Assembly (NCBI GenBank): GCA_021801565.1
Contig: JAJYXV010000015.1
Span: 23,839 to 87,838 of the forward strand
Direction of reading: 5' to 3'
Origin: a bacterium
Lineage (GTDB): Bacteria; Patescibacteriota; Minisyncoccia; UBA6257; GWB1-50-10
Length of the DNA stretch: 64,000 bases
Positions within the stretch are counted from its first letter, which is position 1; each line of letters opens with the position of its first letter. Below the pieces are notes generated by a model. The model did not search any database. It was not told where the DNA came from and saw only the letters and a list, made by a program, of their open reading frames with translations. Positions 47,148 to 56,934 of this stretch are shown piece by piece. Made by a program: the position numbers and the translations under genes.

Positions 47148-48683
47148 ATGCGTGCAGTTCCTAAAATTCTCTCAGCAGAGCTTGATGGAATCACCGCTGA
47201 ATGTATTGAGGTGGAGGCTGATATTAATAGTGGCCTCCACTCTTTTTCTATTGTTGGACTTGCTGACAAAGCTGTGAGCGAAGCAAAGGAACGAGTAAAC
47301 TCCGCATTAAAAAATTCCGGTATACGCCCACCAACAAAAGAAAACAGAAGAATTACTATTAATTTAGCCCCAGCAGACATAAAAAAAGCTGGTTCACGTT
47401 TTGATCTTCCTATCGCACTCGCATACCTTCTCGCAAGTGAACAAATAAAAACTTTTGACACAAAAGACAAAATTTTTGTCGGAGAACTTTCTCTTGATGG
47501 ATCTTTAAGACCAATCAGCGGATGTTTAAATATTGCCAAGCTCGCAAAAAAAATGGGGGTGCAATATCTTTTTGTGCCTCATGAAAACAGGAATGAAGCA
47601 ACAATGATTGATGGGATTACTGTGTTCGGAATAAGAAGTTTACACGATCTTATTTGCCACCTTGAAAAAACAAATTTGCTTATTCCTGAAGAAAAAAATG
47701 ATATTGTCCCGATACGCCCACCAACTTCGGTTTCTCTTTCGGAAGTAAAAGGACAGGAATCGGCAAAACGTGCACTCACCATTGCGGCGGCTGGAGGACA
47801 TAACATTCTCATGTCGGGGCCGCCGGGAACAGGAAAGACAATGCTTGCTCAAGCACTTGCATCAATACTCCCGTACCCCTCACTTGATGAAATGATTGAA
47901 ATCACTGAAATATACAGTGCGGCGGGTCTCACTGCGCATGATCAGGTTATACAATGGAGACCGTTTCGCTCACCACATCATACCGCATCGCTCGTTTCAA
48001 TAATTGGTGGGGGAACAATCCCAAAGCCAGGAGAAGTGAGTCTTGCCCACCGCGGCGTTCTTTTTTTAGATGAAATGCCAGAATTTCACCAAGACACACT
48101 TGAGGGATTGAGACAACCACTTGAAAATGGATATATACATATTGCGCGCGCAAAAAAAGCCCTTGTGTTTCCTGCACGATTTATGTTGGTTGCCGCAATG
48201 AACCCGTGCCCATGTGGATATTTCGGAGATACCGCAAAAGAGTGTAAATGCACCGCGCATGAAATACTTCGGTATCAAAGAAAAATATCAGGACCGCTTC
48301 TTGATCGAATAGATTTACAACTTGAGGTTCCACGAATACCAATTGAAGAACTGAGGAAAAAGGAAGGAAATAAACAAGAAGAGGAGCGGATAAGAAAAAG
48401 TGTTTCTGACGCGCGGGAAACACAAAAAAAACGCGCAACCCAAGCCCATCTTTCTCTTCATACAAATTCAGAATTCTCATCAAAACAAGTGGATGAGCTT
48501 TTCTTGCTTGATCCTTCTGCTGAAACTTTTTTGAAAAATATTGTCGAACATTCATTTATTTCCCCTCGTGGATATTATCGAATTTTAAAGGTTGCACGAA
48601 CCATTGCCGATATTGAGGCCTCTTCTCAAATAAAAAAAGAGCACCTCGCTGAGGCATTCCAGTACAGAATAAAAGAAGGATGA
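47148..48683 (+). CDS. comM: YifB/ComM family Mg-chelatase-like AAA+ ATPase
   Basis: [12 protein letters not shown] Walker A, VLFLDEMPEF Walker B, and the Lon-like N-terminal and ChlI-like C-terminal domains. Confidence 0.9.
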   Translation: MRAVPKILSAELDGITAECIEVEADINSGLHSFSIVGLADKAVSEAKERVNSALKNSGIRPPTKENRRITINLAPADIKKAGSRFDLPIALAYLLASEQIKTFDTKDKIFVGELSLDGSLRPISGCLNIAKLAKKMGVQYLFVPHENRNEATMIDGITVFGIRSLHDLICHLEKTNLLIPEEKNDIVPIRPPTSVSLSEVKGQESAKRALTIAAAGGHNILMSGPPGTGKTMLAQALASILPYPSLDEMIEITEIYSAAGLTAHDQVIQWRPFRSPHHTASLVSIIGGGTIPKPGEVSLAHRGVLFLDEMPEFHQDTLEGLRQPLENGYIHIARAKKALVFPARFMLVAAMNPCPCGYFGDTAKECKCTAHEILRYQRKISGPLLDRIDLQLEVPRIPIEELRKKEGNKQEEERIRKSVSDARETQKKRATQAHLSLHTNSEFSSKQVDELFLLDPSAETFLKNIVEHSFISPRGYYRILKVARTIADIEASSQIKKEHLAEAFQYRIKEG

Positions 48684-48747
48684 AAATAGGCGGCTAGACG
48701 GTTAGTAAATTAGATAACCAGAAAAACAAAACAAGAGAGAAAATAAC

Positions 48748-48891
48748 ATGAATTCATATAAAGAACTGGTAGTTTGGAAAAAATCCATAGAACTCGCAAA
48801 AGAAAAATATAAAAAATCGGAAGAATTGCTTTCCGAAATTATGAAGATGTTAAACAAACTCATCTCTGTTGTAAAAAATCAAACACCCTAA
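48748..48891 (+). pseudogene. truncated four-helix-bundle (23S rRNA intervening-sequence protein-like) gene fragment
   Basis: MNSYKELVVWKKSIELAKEKYKKSEELLSEIMKML matches the N-terminus of this family but has only ~47 codons. Confidence 0.45.
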
Positions 48892-48912
48892 CAATCTAAC
48901 CGCCTAATATCG

Positions 48913-50082
48913 CTACTTGAGTGCAAAAGGATTTTTTGCTCCCAACACTTCAAAATGAAGATGACATCCGGTTGTTCCTTGTGTATTTCCAGAACTTCCT
49001 ATAAACGCTATGTTTTCTCCCTGAGAAACAACATCTCCAACTTTTACAACGTTTTTTAATGTGTGGGCATAGCGTGTTTGTGTTTTATTTGGATGTTCTA
49101 TAAGAACGTAATTTCCATATCCACCATTCCACGATCCATCAGAAGATTCCTCAATTACCACTCCGTCCGCCGCGGCATAAATATTACTCCCGCATGTGTT
49201 TGCAATATCGACGGCATTATAATCATGTAATATTCCCCAATTCCACCCCTTCGCAGGAAGAACAAAATAACCGGCGAGGTCCGCCAAATTTTCTTTTTTC
49301 ATTTCTTTTTGCACTATTGACGTGGGAGTTTCTTTTGCGTTCGGAAGAATAAGTGTTACCCCCGATGTCTCAAGAAGTTTTGTATATTCAGGGTTGTATT
49401 TTTTTATTATTTCAGGACTTATTCCAAAACGATCAGCAATACCCTGTAATGTATCCCCTGGTTGCGTAGTATAAAGCGCGCCTGATGTAGGAAGAATAGT
49501 AAGTATTTGTCCTGTTTTTATCTTTTTTATACCCGCATTCGACGCATAAAGTGTTTCGAGTGTAATTCCAAACTGAGCCGCAATACTTGAAAATGTATCT
49601 CCTTTCTTTATTTTATATTTTTTGATTCCATCCCTCACTGGAAGGTCATTAATAAGAGACGGAGACGCGCCAAAAAGAGAGCTTTCGTCACCAGAAGTAA
49701 AAACCCTCCTACTATCATGCCCATCTTCAATGTAATAAGATGCTTGCGCGACAGAAATCGTGCCTAATTCACTCTCAAGTGATTCTGACGGACCTCCAAT
49801 TCCCCATGTGTCATATTTTTTATAAGCAGAAAAAAGAGTGCCATCACCCAAAAATATGGCACCAGAACATCCAATAATAATAAGGAAAAACAACGACCAC
49901 GCAGTAGTCGTACTTGAAAAACCCCTTAATAAAGGCTTTATGTGTGTAATAAACGTACTTATACATATACTATACCAAAAATACACATAAAAGGGAATGG
50001 CGCGGCTAGAAAAATAGACGGGCGGACTTATCAACAGGGAGCATAACATCATGCTACCGATCGACTTATAAATGTTATACAC
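48913..50082 (-). CDS. M23-family peptidase with two LysM domains
   Basis: LysM repeats (KIKKGDTFSSIAAQFGITLETLYASN, TTQPGDTLQGIADRFGISPEIIKKYN) and a C-terminal M23 domain (HTLKN...GSSGNTQGTTGCHLHFEV). Confidence 0.85.
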   Translation of the reverse strand: MYNIYKSIGSMMLCSLLISPPVYFSSRAIPFYVYFWYSICISTFITHIKPLLRGFSSTTTAWSLFFLIIIGCSGAIFLGDGTLFSAYKKYDTWGIGGPSESLESELGTISVAQASYYIEDGHDSRRVFTSGDESSLFGASPSLINDLPVRDGIKKYKIKKGDTFSSIAAQFGITLETLYASNAGIKKIKTGQILTILPTSGALYTTQPGDTLQGIADRFGISPEIIKKYNPEYTKLLETSGVTLILPNAKETPTSIVQKEMKKENLADLAGYFVLPAKGWNWGILHDYNAVDIANTCGSNIYAAADGVVIEESSDGSWNGGYGNYVLIEHPNKTQTRYAHTLKNVVKVGDVVSQGENIAFIGSSGNTQGTTGCHLHFEVLGAKNPFALK

Positions 50083-50090
50083 TATATATT

Positions 50091-50660
50091 ATGAAAGAGA
50101 AGATTCGAGTTGGGTCATTTTCTCTCGCGGTATTACGAACCCTTTCTGAAACTACAAACGGGATTTTATTTGGACAACTTACTAGAGATAAAAGGGGTAG
50201 GAGCGACAACACGCGTGGATCAATGCGTTCTTCAAAAGATGGTGGGAAACATCACAATGCTCTCAAAGACGCTTCTGAAAAAAACCTGCGAGTAACGCTC
50301 TGGCGGCTTGAACAAAAGGGGTTGGTTGAAAAAAAAGAAAATAAATATTTTCTTTCTCTGCTTGGGAAAAAGTTTTTTACAAACCAAGAACAACCGAAAC
50401 AATGGGATGGAAGGTGGCGACTTATTACATTTGATATTCCCGAAACAAAACGAGGGTCGCGTATCTGGCTCCGTACAAATCTCATTCATGAAGGATATGA
50501 CACAGTACAAAAGAGTGTGTTTCTTGGAAAAAATCCGATTCCACACCGCATGATTGAAGAGATGAAAGAACGAGACATATTATCGTGTGTGCGACTCATG
50601 GTAATCGGGGAAATAGATGACGATTCATTGCTCTCCGAATATGAAAAACGACACAAATAA
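50091..50660 (+). CDS. PaaX-family-like transcriptional regulator (wHTH + PaaX_C-like domain)
   Basis: N-terminal winged helix, then WDGRWRLITFDIPETKRGSRIWLRTNLIHEGYDTVQKSVFLG. Confidence 0.5.
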   Translation: MKEKIRVGSFSLAVLRTLSETTNGILFGQLTRDKRGRSDNTRGSMRSSKDGGKHHNALKDASEKNLRVTLWRLEQKGLVEKKENKYFLSLLGKKFFTNQEQPKQWDGRWRLITFDIPETKRGSRIWLRTNLIHEGYDTVQKSVFLGKNPIPHRMIEEMKERDILSCVRLMVIGEIDDDSLLSEYEKRHK

Positions 50661-50725
50661 CAGTCTTATATCGATCGGCCAGTAAATGTAATACCAGTTA
50701 AAATAAATAGAAAAGAAAAAAGATT

Positions 50726-51568
50726 ATGGGACAAAAATTAGGACAACATTTTTTAAAGAATAAAAAAATACTTCAGATAATTGCCGGGGCAGCTGAATTG
50801 CGTGATGGTGAAACCGTGATTGAAGTCGGTCCAGGACACGGGGAGCTCACAGAGCACCTCAAATCTCAAACCTCAAATCTCAAAAATTGCAAAATAATTT
50901 TGATCGAGAAAGATAAGGCACTTGCTGAACAACTGGAGAAAAAATTTGAAAAAGATAAAAATATAAAAATTATTTATGGAGATGCTTTAAAAATACTTTC
51001 CAGGGTTGTCTCTTCTCTCTCACATAAATCTTCTTCTCTGGGCCCCAGTTATATACTTGTTGGAAATATTCCTTACTACATCACCGGATATTTGCTTCGA
51101 ACAATTCAAGAACTAAAAAATAGACCAACTCGTACAATCGTTATGATACAAAAAGAGGTCGCTGAGCGTATTGTAAAAAAACCACCGGAAATGAATTTAC
51201 TTGCCGCAAGCGTGGCATATTGGGCTGATGCCGCAATTATTATGAGCGTATCAAAAAAAGAATTTGTCCCACAACCAAAAATTGATTCTGCGGTAATCGC
51301 GCTTCATACAAAAAGAACACACTTAAAAAATAGTGGGGGAGAAGAAAAAAAATATTATAAAACACTTGGTATATTATTCAAACAACCAAGAAAAACAATA
51401 AAAAATAATATAACGTTATCGTATCGATCGGCTAGTAAATGTAACACCGGAGAAAAAGAGGAGATATTTAAGAGGTTAAAAAAAACAGGAATAGATATTG
51501 AGCAACGATCACAGAACTTAAGCGTAGAGGAAATAAGAAGGGTCGCAAATGTTATATGTACAAAATAA
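50726..51568 (+). CDS. rsmA: 16S rRNA (adenine1518/1519-N6)-dimethyltransferase
   Basis: MGQKLGQHFLKN...VIEVGPGHGELTE...VGNIPYYIT. It has an insert, LKSQTSNLKNCK, encoded by AAATCTC repeats. Confidence 0.9.
   Translation: MGQKLGQHFLKNKKILQIIAGAAELRDGETVIEVGPGHGELTEHLKSQTSNLKNCKIILIEKDKALAEQLEKKFEKDKNIKIIYGDALKILSRVVSSLSHKSSSLGPSYILVGNIPYYITGYLLRTIQELKNRPTRTIVMIQKEVAERIVKKPPEMNLLAASVAYWADAAIIMSVSKKEFVPQPKIDSAVIALHTKRTHLKNSGGEEKKYYKTLGILFKQPRKTIKNNITLSYRSASKCNTGEKEEIFKRLKKTGIDIEQRSQNLSVEEIRRVANVICTK
50857..50895. repeat. heptanucleotide repeat (CTCAAAT/CTCAAAC) inside rsmA
   Basis: cctcaaatctcaaacctcaaatctcaaaaattgcaaaat. Confidence 0.8.
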
Positions 51569-51615
51569 AAAACAAATCCCGTTGATAATAACCTTTTACA
51601 ACACCAATAAACGAG

Positions 51616-52233
51616 ATGAAAATAAAATATATGTTTTCTAAACAAATAAAAAAAGGGCGAAACATACCAAAAAGACGCATGTGCCGACACCGGCAGGCGG
51701 AAGCATATATATTCTCTACTATTAATGGGGGGAGAAAATATATTGCTATATTCGTTCTTTTCCTCGTTATGTTTGCCTCTTTGGGCGATAAAACGTTTGC
51801 CGCCATATCTCCAATAAGCCCGTTTGGAGGAAAGGTGATTTCGTGGCTTCCTTCGGCGCCAGGATGTCTTGCTTTTACCACAGCCGTATCTCTCGCAACA
51901 CTCGGTACAATCAATCCGAGTGTTGAAGAATTGGTGGTGGGACCTCCCAATGGCGGAACGTTCGGTATTCTTCGTGTTAATCTTATTCCTGTTCCTCCAA
52001 CAACGATTCATATATATCAACAATATCAACTCCCAGAAACGTACGTACTTGGCTCTTCGGTAAATATTTGTGATGCGTGTAAGGCCGTCGACAAACTTCC
52101 GTTTCTCAAAAATGTGTGCAACACGGGCATCTTAAAAGATATACTTGGAACAGTATGTAGTTTTATTGGCGGCGCATGTCCGATAACAAACCTTGTTTTG
52201 AAGATGGGAACAGCAATAAAACCATCACCGTAG
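51616..52233 (+). CDS. hypothetical secreted/membrane-anchored Cys-containing protein
   Basis: 205-aa ORF with a hydrophobic anchor and 8 Cys in its C-terminal half. It is the first gene of the T4SS-like block. Confidence 0.45.
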   Translation: MKIKYMFSKQIKKGRNIPKRRMCRHRQAEAYIFSTINGGRKYIAIFVLFLVMFASLGDKTFAAISPISPFGGKVISWLPSAPGCLAFTTAVSLATLGTINPSVEELVVGPPNGGTFGILRVNLIPVPPTTIHIYQQYQLPETYVLGSSVNICDACKAVDKLPFLKNVCNTGILKDILGTVCSFIGGACPITNLVLKMGTAIKPSP

Positions 52234-52290
52234 TCTTCTTGTTTTGTCTCACAAGACTTGGAAAAGCTGATATAATAATAATGAAACAAT

Positions 52291-53043
52291 ATGTCCTTTA
52301 TTAGAAAACATAAAAAAATCTTCTCTCTCCTTATTGTGGTGTGTGCGATAATTACATCGTTCTTTATTGTGCGCGGAGGACAAGAAAAAAAACCAGATTA
52401 TCTTTTCCAAGTAGTAAAAAATACAGCTGAAACGCCATCAACACATATTAAGAATCCGCTTCCTAATCTCACCACCGAATTTACCACTGAATCTCTCAAA
52501 ACACTTATGTCTGAAAAAAATAATGTTGCCGCACAGGAGAAAAACGATGCATCGCAAGCGAAAACACTTCCCGACAAGAACGCCGTGGAAAAAATCGTTG
52601 GTGATATTATCGACAAAGAACTTGAATCGGAAACCATTGATCCAAAAACAATCAGTGTGGCAAAAGACGATTCAAAACAAATGCAAGTGGTATATCTCTT
52701 AGTAATACAAGAAATTATAAAAAATGTATCTGAAAAAAATAGCACGGAAGATGTAACAAAGATGCCTATTGCCGCATATTTTGGAAATATTGGAAATAAT
52801 TTTAAAAACACTGTTGATATTTTAAAAATAATGAACGTTCCACCGTCGTGGGTCGATATACATGCAAGTCTCCTTGGGTTTTTTACTTCACAAAAAAATG
52901 TGTATCTTTCGCTTTCACAAGCCGACCAAGATCCGCTCCGATTTATGATCGCGATTCAGCGCATCGCCGATGAAAGTGAGAAAAAATTTGATGATATTCG
53001 AATAAAAATAGACAAGCGGGTAAAAGAACAAAAAATTATCTAA
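52291..53043 (+). CDS. hypothetical N-terminally anchored protein
   Basis: 250-aa ORF with one TM helix and a charged extracytoplasmic domain. Confidence 0.5.
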   Translation: MSFIRKHKKIFSLLIVVCAIITSFFIVRGGQEKKPDYLFQVVKNTAETPSTHIKNPLPNLTTEFTTESLKTLMSEKNNVAAQEKNDASQAKTLPDKNAVEKIVGDIIDKELESETIDPKTISVAKDDSKQMQVVYLLVIQEIIKNVSEKNSTEDVTKMPIAAYFGNIGNNFKNTVDILKIMNVPPSWVDIHASLLGFFTSQKNVYLSLSQADQDPLRFMIAIQRIADESEKKFDDIRIKIDKRVKEQKII

Positions 53044-53052
53044 TTTATAGCT

Positions 53053-54546
53053 ATGGTGCATTATATAAAAAATATTGTTGTCCTCTTCTTTATTGTGGTG
53101 TTTTTATATGCTCCATTTTCTGCGTACGGGCAATCTACTTCAACAACCGCCACTTCAACACAAACACTTTCAAGTAAGGGAGAGGTGCAAGGAATGGAAA
53201 TGTGTATCAAGGCGGCGCGTCTTTCTGCAAAATATGGTGGATTTACGGCGCTTGATCGTGTACAAACAAATATCACAAACAGCGTGAAAAATTATCTAAG
53301 TATGCAATTTAATAGCGCAACGGGTCTTAATATTGATTTTTCGAATCTCGGATCAAGCATTATTAATCAAGGGCTAGGGATGTTAAATGACGTATTTGGA
53401 AACGTCCTGAAAGATGAAGTAGGAAAACAAGTGGATACACTAAAGAAAAAAGCACAAGATGAATTGGAAAGAATAGCAAAAGAAGCGCTTGGAAACGTAG
53501 TCAAAGATGCGACAAACGCGTTAAATCCGCTTTCTCCAGTACCCACCGCAGAACAAGGGGACTTGCTTGATGAAGCAAGAAAACAAAACGAAAAAACAAA
53601 TCAAATGATCGCCGAACAGAAACGCGCTCAACTTATTGCGGATACGCGGGATAAATGCCAAGAACTTTTAAAAACCACCACAGAGACAATAAAGCGATCT
53701 CTTTTGTATCAACTCTCAAACCAAATTACACAATGGATTGTAAACGATGAAAAACCGCAATTTGTAAAAGACCCCGGGCAATTTTTAGCGGATACTGCGC
53801 AACTTGCAGTTGATCGAACGATCTCCAGAATTGCTCCTCGCCTTTGCACTCCATTCCAGCTTTCCATCACTGCACAAATTCCAACCGCAAACCGACAGGC
53901 AAATCCGTTCTACGAAGAGCTAACCTGCACGCTCGACCAAGTAACAGGAAATATTGAGGCGTTCTATAACGACTTCAGAAACGGCGGGTGGATCGCATAT
54001 CAAGAAATGTGGAAACCGCAAAATAATTATTATGGCGCATCAATGATGGTTCAAGAAGAACTTGCACAACAACAAGCGGCTGCCACACAACTCGCGCAAG
54101 AAGACTTACAAAGAGGAAGTGGTTTTCCCAGTCAAACACAATGTGTTGAGTGGCAACTTTATGTACCAACGGATTGTAATTTAAACGATTTGCAAAAACG
54201 GATGTCTGATGTTCTTCAAGTTGGGGGGCAATGTTTTGTTGCGGTGGATGGAGAAATACACGGACCCACGGATGACGGGAAAGAGCCACCACTTAGCACC
54301 GCAACCACACAGGCACCCGAAGGATCATATTGGCAGTGTCAGAGAAGTGAAATCACGAATCCAGGAACCATCACCGCACGTCTGGGAGAAAAAGCACAAC
54401 AAATGGAAGTAAATCAACTTGAAACAACAGGCGATATAGAAAATTTCCTTGATACGATTGGCGATGCAATTGTAAACAAACTCGTAAAGTCTGGTATTGG
54501 GGGCCTCCGCGGATTATTACAGGGGCTTCCTCCGCTAAATCCCTAA
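53053..54546 (+). CDS. hypothetical secreted protein (Gln-rich)
   Basis: 497-aa ORF with a signal peptide and a coiled-coil/Q-rich sequence. Confidence 0.5.
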   Translation: MVHYIKNIVVLFFIVVFLYAPFSAYGQSTSTTATSTQTLSSKGEVQGMEMCIKAARLSAKYGGFTALDRVQTNITNSVKNYLSMQFNSATGLNIDFSNLGSSIINQGLGMLNDVFGNVLKDEVGKQVDTLKKKAQDELERIAKEALGNVVKDATNALNPLSPVPTAEQGDLLDEARKQNEKTNQMIAEQKRAQLIADTRDKCQELLKTTTETIKRSLLYQLSNQITQWIVNDEKPQFVKDPGQFLADTAQLAVDRTISRIAPRLCTPFQLSITAQIPTANRQANPFYEELTCTLDQVTGNIEAFYNDFRNGGWIAYQEMWKPQNNYYGASMMVQEELAQQQAAATQLAQEDLQRGSGFPSQTQCVEWQLYVPTDCNLNDLQKRMSDVLQVGGQCFVAVDGEIHGPTDDGKEPPLSTATTQAPEGSYWQCQRSEITNPGTITARLGEKAQQMEVNQLETTGDIENFLDTIGDAIVNKLVKSGIGGLRGLLQGLPPLNP

Positions 54547-54549
54547 TCA

Positions 54550-56931
54550 ATGTTTAAAAAATATAAAAAAATACTTATTTTTGTGTTGTTGTTTATAACC
54601 ATTTTTATTTCTGGATCTGTTTTTCTTACACAAAAAGCAAATGCAATAGCAGGATATCCAGATTTTATGATGAACCCCTATAATCCAGTTACACAAAAAA
54701 TAGGAGAGGTGGCAACAGATATAATAACATGGCCACTAAGAGAGGCGTTTAAGGGACTTATGTATGTTTTAGCACTTATTGCGGGGCTTTTATTTTGGAT
54801 AGGGGCGCAGCTCATTGGATTTTTTATGTCGCTCAATATGGCAATTTTCGACATGCCTCTCGTTGAGGTGGGGTGGAAAATTGTCCGCGATGTTGCAAAC
54901 TTGGGATTTGTTCTTGCAATTATCATTATTGCAGTTGCTACCATTGTGCGATACGAAGAGTATGGAACAAAAAAACTTCTCCCAAAGCTTATCGCGGCCG
55001 CAATTTTAGTAAATTTCAGTTTAACCATTGGCGCTGTGTTTATTGATTTTTCAAACACACTTACAAATTTCTTTATCTCTAAGTCTTCAAAAAATGGTGA
55101 TGTTATTGGTATGACCACAGAACTTGCGAGAGGTTTTGATACACAGCAATTTTTAAGAACACACACAAGCGGCAACCAATTTATACAAGGGGGGGCAGCA
55201 CCAATATATGAAACATTTGCATCAATTTTAAGTTTATCTATGGCCGCATTATTTACATTTATTTCCGCGGTGAGTTTGTTGGGAATCGCAATTATGCTTC
55301 TCGTGCGTTTTATGTATCTCTCCGTGCTTCTTCTTGTTTCTCCGATTATTTATCTCTTTTGGGTCATACCCGATACAGCATCGGTGTGGAAAAGTTGGTG
55401 GAGAAAGTTTTTGGAATGGGTATTTAATGCTCCAATTCTTACTTCGTTTCTTTATCTTACCGTCATATCAACTACCGCGCTTGGAAAATTTGCTGATAAA
55501 TATGCGGTCAGTGCTGGTTCAAAAATTAATGACAGTTTATCGCTCACCCCTCAAATTCTTATTGTTATAGGAAACTCACTTATTATGACTGGGCTTCTCG
55601 TTGGAGCGCTTTTGGTGGCAAACAGTTTGGGTATTACCGGCGCAACCACCGCATATAGTCTCGCGTCAAAAGCCGGAAAAACAACAAAGAAGTGGGCACT
55701 TGATAAGAGCAAGGGCGCGGCGAAAAAGGCTGGGAGAAGCGCGCTCACGGCAGGAACAAAGACAGATGATCAAGGAAACACAACGACCGCGCTCGAACGA
55801 TTTGGCGGAAAGTATGGAAAGATTCCTCTTATCGGCAGGGCAATTACGGGGATTTCTGGTGCCTCATCCTCTGCAAGGGCAACAAGTGGCAAGGGAGTAG
55901 AGGAAAGAATGAAGGGACTTGAAAACAGGACGGGCGACGACTTGGTGGCGCTCGCGAGCAGAAAGGGTCTTTCATCGGAGGAGCTTGCAGCCACTGGTAT
56001 TGCCGCCGCGAAGAAAGGAAAATGGAATGATCTAAGTGAAGAAACACGAAAGAGCGTGGTGGATGCGGCACGAAAAACAAAGACGGGAGATAAACTTGCT
56101 GAACAAGCCCCGTGGCTCGCAAAAGAACTGGGAGAAGACGAAGTAAAGATAGCCGCAAAAATGAACGAAGTTCCAAAGAGTGCAATTTATGAAAAGAAAG
56201 ATGGTGATGGAAACGTCATTAAAGACGCAAGCGGCAAACCAATAAAGGAGGTGAATCCAAATTACGAGAAGTTTGTACAGGATAACGCAATGAATTTCCC
56301 GGCTCAATTTAAAGAAGAAATTGGAAAACTTCCAAAGGACACCGGAGAGGCGGTGCGCGAGGCATTTACAGCTGGTCTTAAAGATAAGGTGAGAGAAAAA
56401 ATAGAGGTTGAGGTTTATAATGCGGCGACAAAAACATTCGAAAAAGAAAAAGGATATGAAGCGGTTGAAAAGGCAAATAAGATTATAGACGACACAAAGG
56501 GTCCGTTGAAAATAATAGAAACGGCTATAGAAGATTTGAGAGATAAGGTTGATAAACCACAACTTGTTGCACTCCAAAAACAAAAAACAAAACTTGGTGA
56601 CGAGGAAACAAAACTTAATAACGAGTTGAATGGTCTACGAAGCGATCCATTACTAAACGCTGGTAAGATCAAGGAAACAGAGAAAAAAATAGCAACAATC
56701 AAGAAAGAAATTGTGTCTGTCGAAAAAGAGTTTACAAATCTTAATGATATACAGACAGAATTTGATAACAAAAAGGCCGAGCGAAAAGCAATAATTGATG
56801 TGGTATCTACTCAAGAAGAGAAATTAAAAAAGATGAAAGATAGTATTGGAAGGGAAAACGCTCGTATAGTGAGCAAACTTGACGATATTACAAAAGATGT
56901 TTCGTTCAAAAAAAACCAAAAAACACCCTAA
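54550..56931 (+). CDS. VirB6/TrbL-like polytopic membrane protein with long C-terminal coiled-coil/charged extension
   Basis: About 7 TM helices in the first ~380 aa, then a Lys/Glu-rich coiled coil. Its position lies upstream of the VirB3/VirB4 homologues. Confidence 0.5.
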   Translation: MFKKYKKILIFVLLFITIFISGSVFLTQKANAIAGYPDFMMNPYNPVTQKIGEVATDIITWPLREAFKGLMYVLALIAGLLFWIGAQLIGFFMSLNMAIFDMPLVEVGWKIVRDVANLGFVLAIIIIAVATIVRYEEYGTKKLLPKLIAAAILVNFSLTIGAVFIDFSNTLTNFFISKSSKNGDVIGMTTELARGFDTQQFLRTHTSGNQFIQGGAAPIYETFASILSLSMAALFTFISAVSLLGIAIMLLVRFMYLSVLLLVSPIIYLFWVIPDTASVWKSWWRKFLEWVFNAPILTSFLYLTVISTTALGKFADKYAVSAGSKINDSLSLTPQILIVIGNSLIMTGLLVGALLVANSLGITGATTAYSLASKAGKTTKKWALDKSKGAAKKAGRSALTAGTKTDDQGNTTTALERFGGKYGKIPLIGRAITGISGASSSARATSGKGVEERMKGLENRTGDDLVALASRKGLSSEELAATGIAAAKKGKWNDLSEETRKSVVDAARKTKTGDKLAEQAPWLAKELGEDEVKIAAKMNEVPKSAIYEKKDGDGNVIKDASGKPIKEVNPNYEKFVQDNAMNFPAQFKEEIGKLPKDTGEAVREAFTAGLKDKVREKIEVEVYNAATKTFEKEKGYEAVEKANKIIDDTKGPLKIIETAIEDLRDKVDKPQLVALQKQKTKLGDEETKLNNELNGLRSDPLLNAGKIKETEKKIATIKKEIVSVEKEFTNLNDIQTEFDNKKAERKAIIDVVSTQEEKLKKMKDSIGRENARIVSKLDDITKDVSFKKNQKTP

Positions 56932-56934
56932 CAC

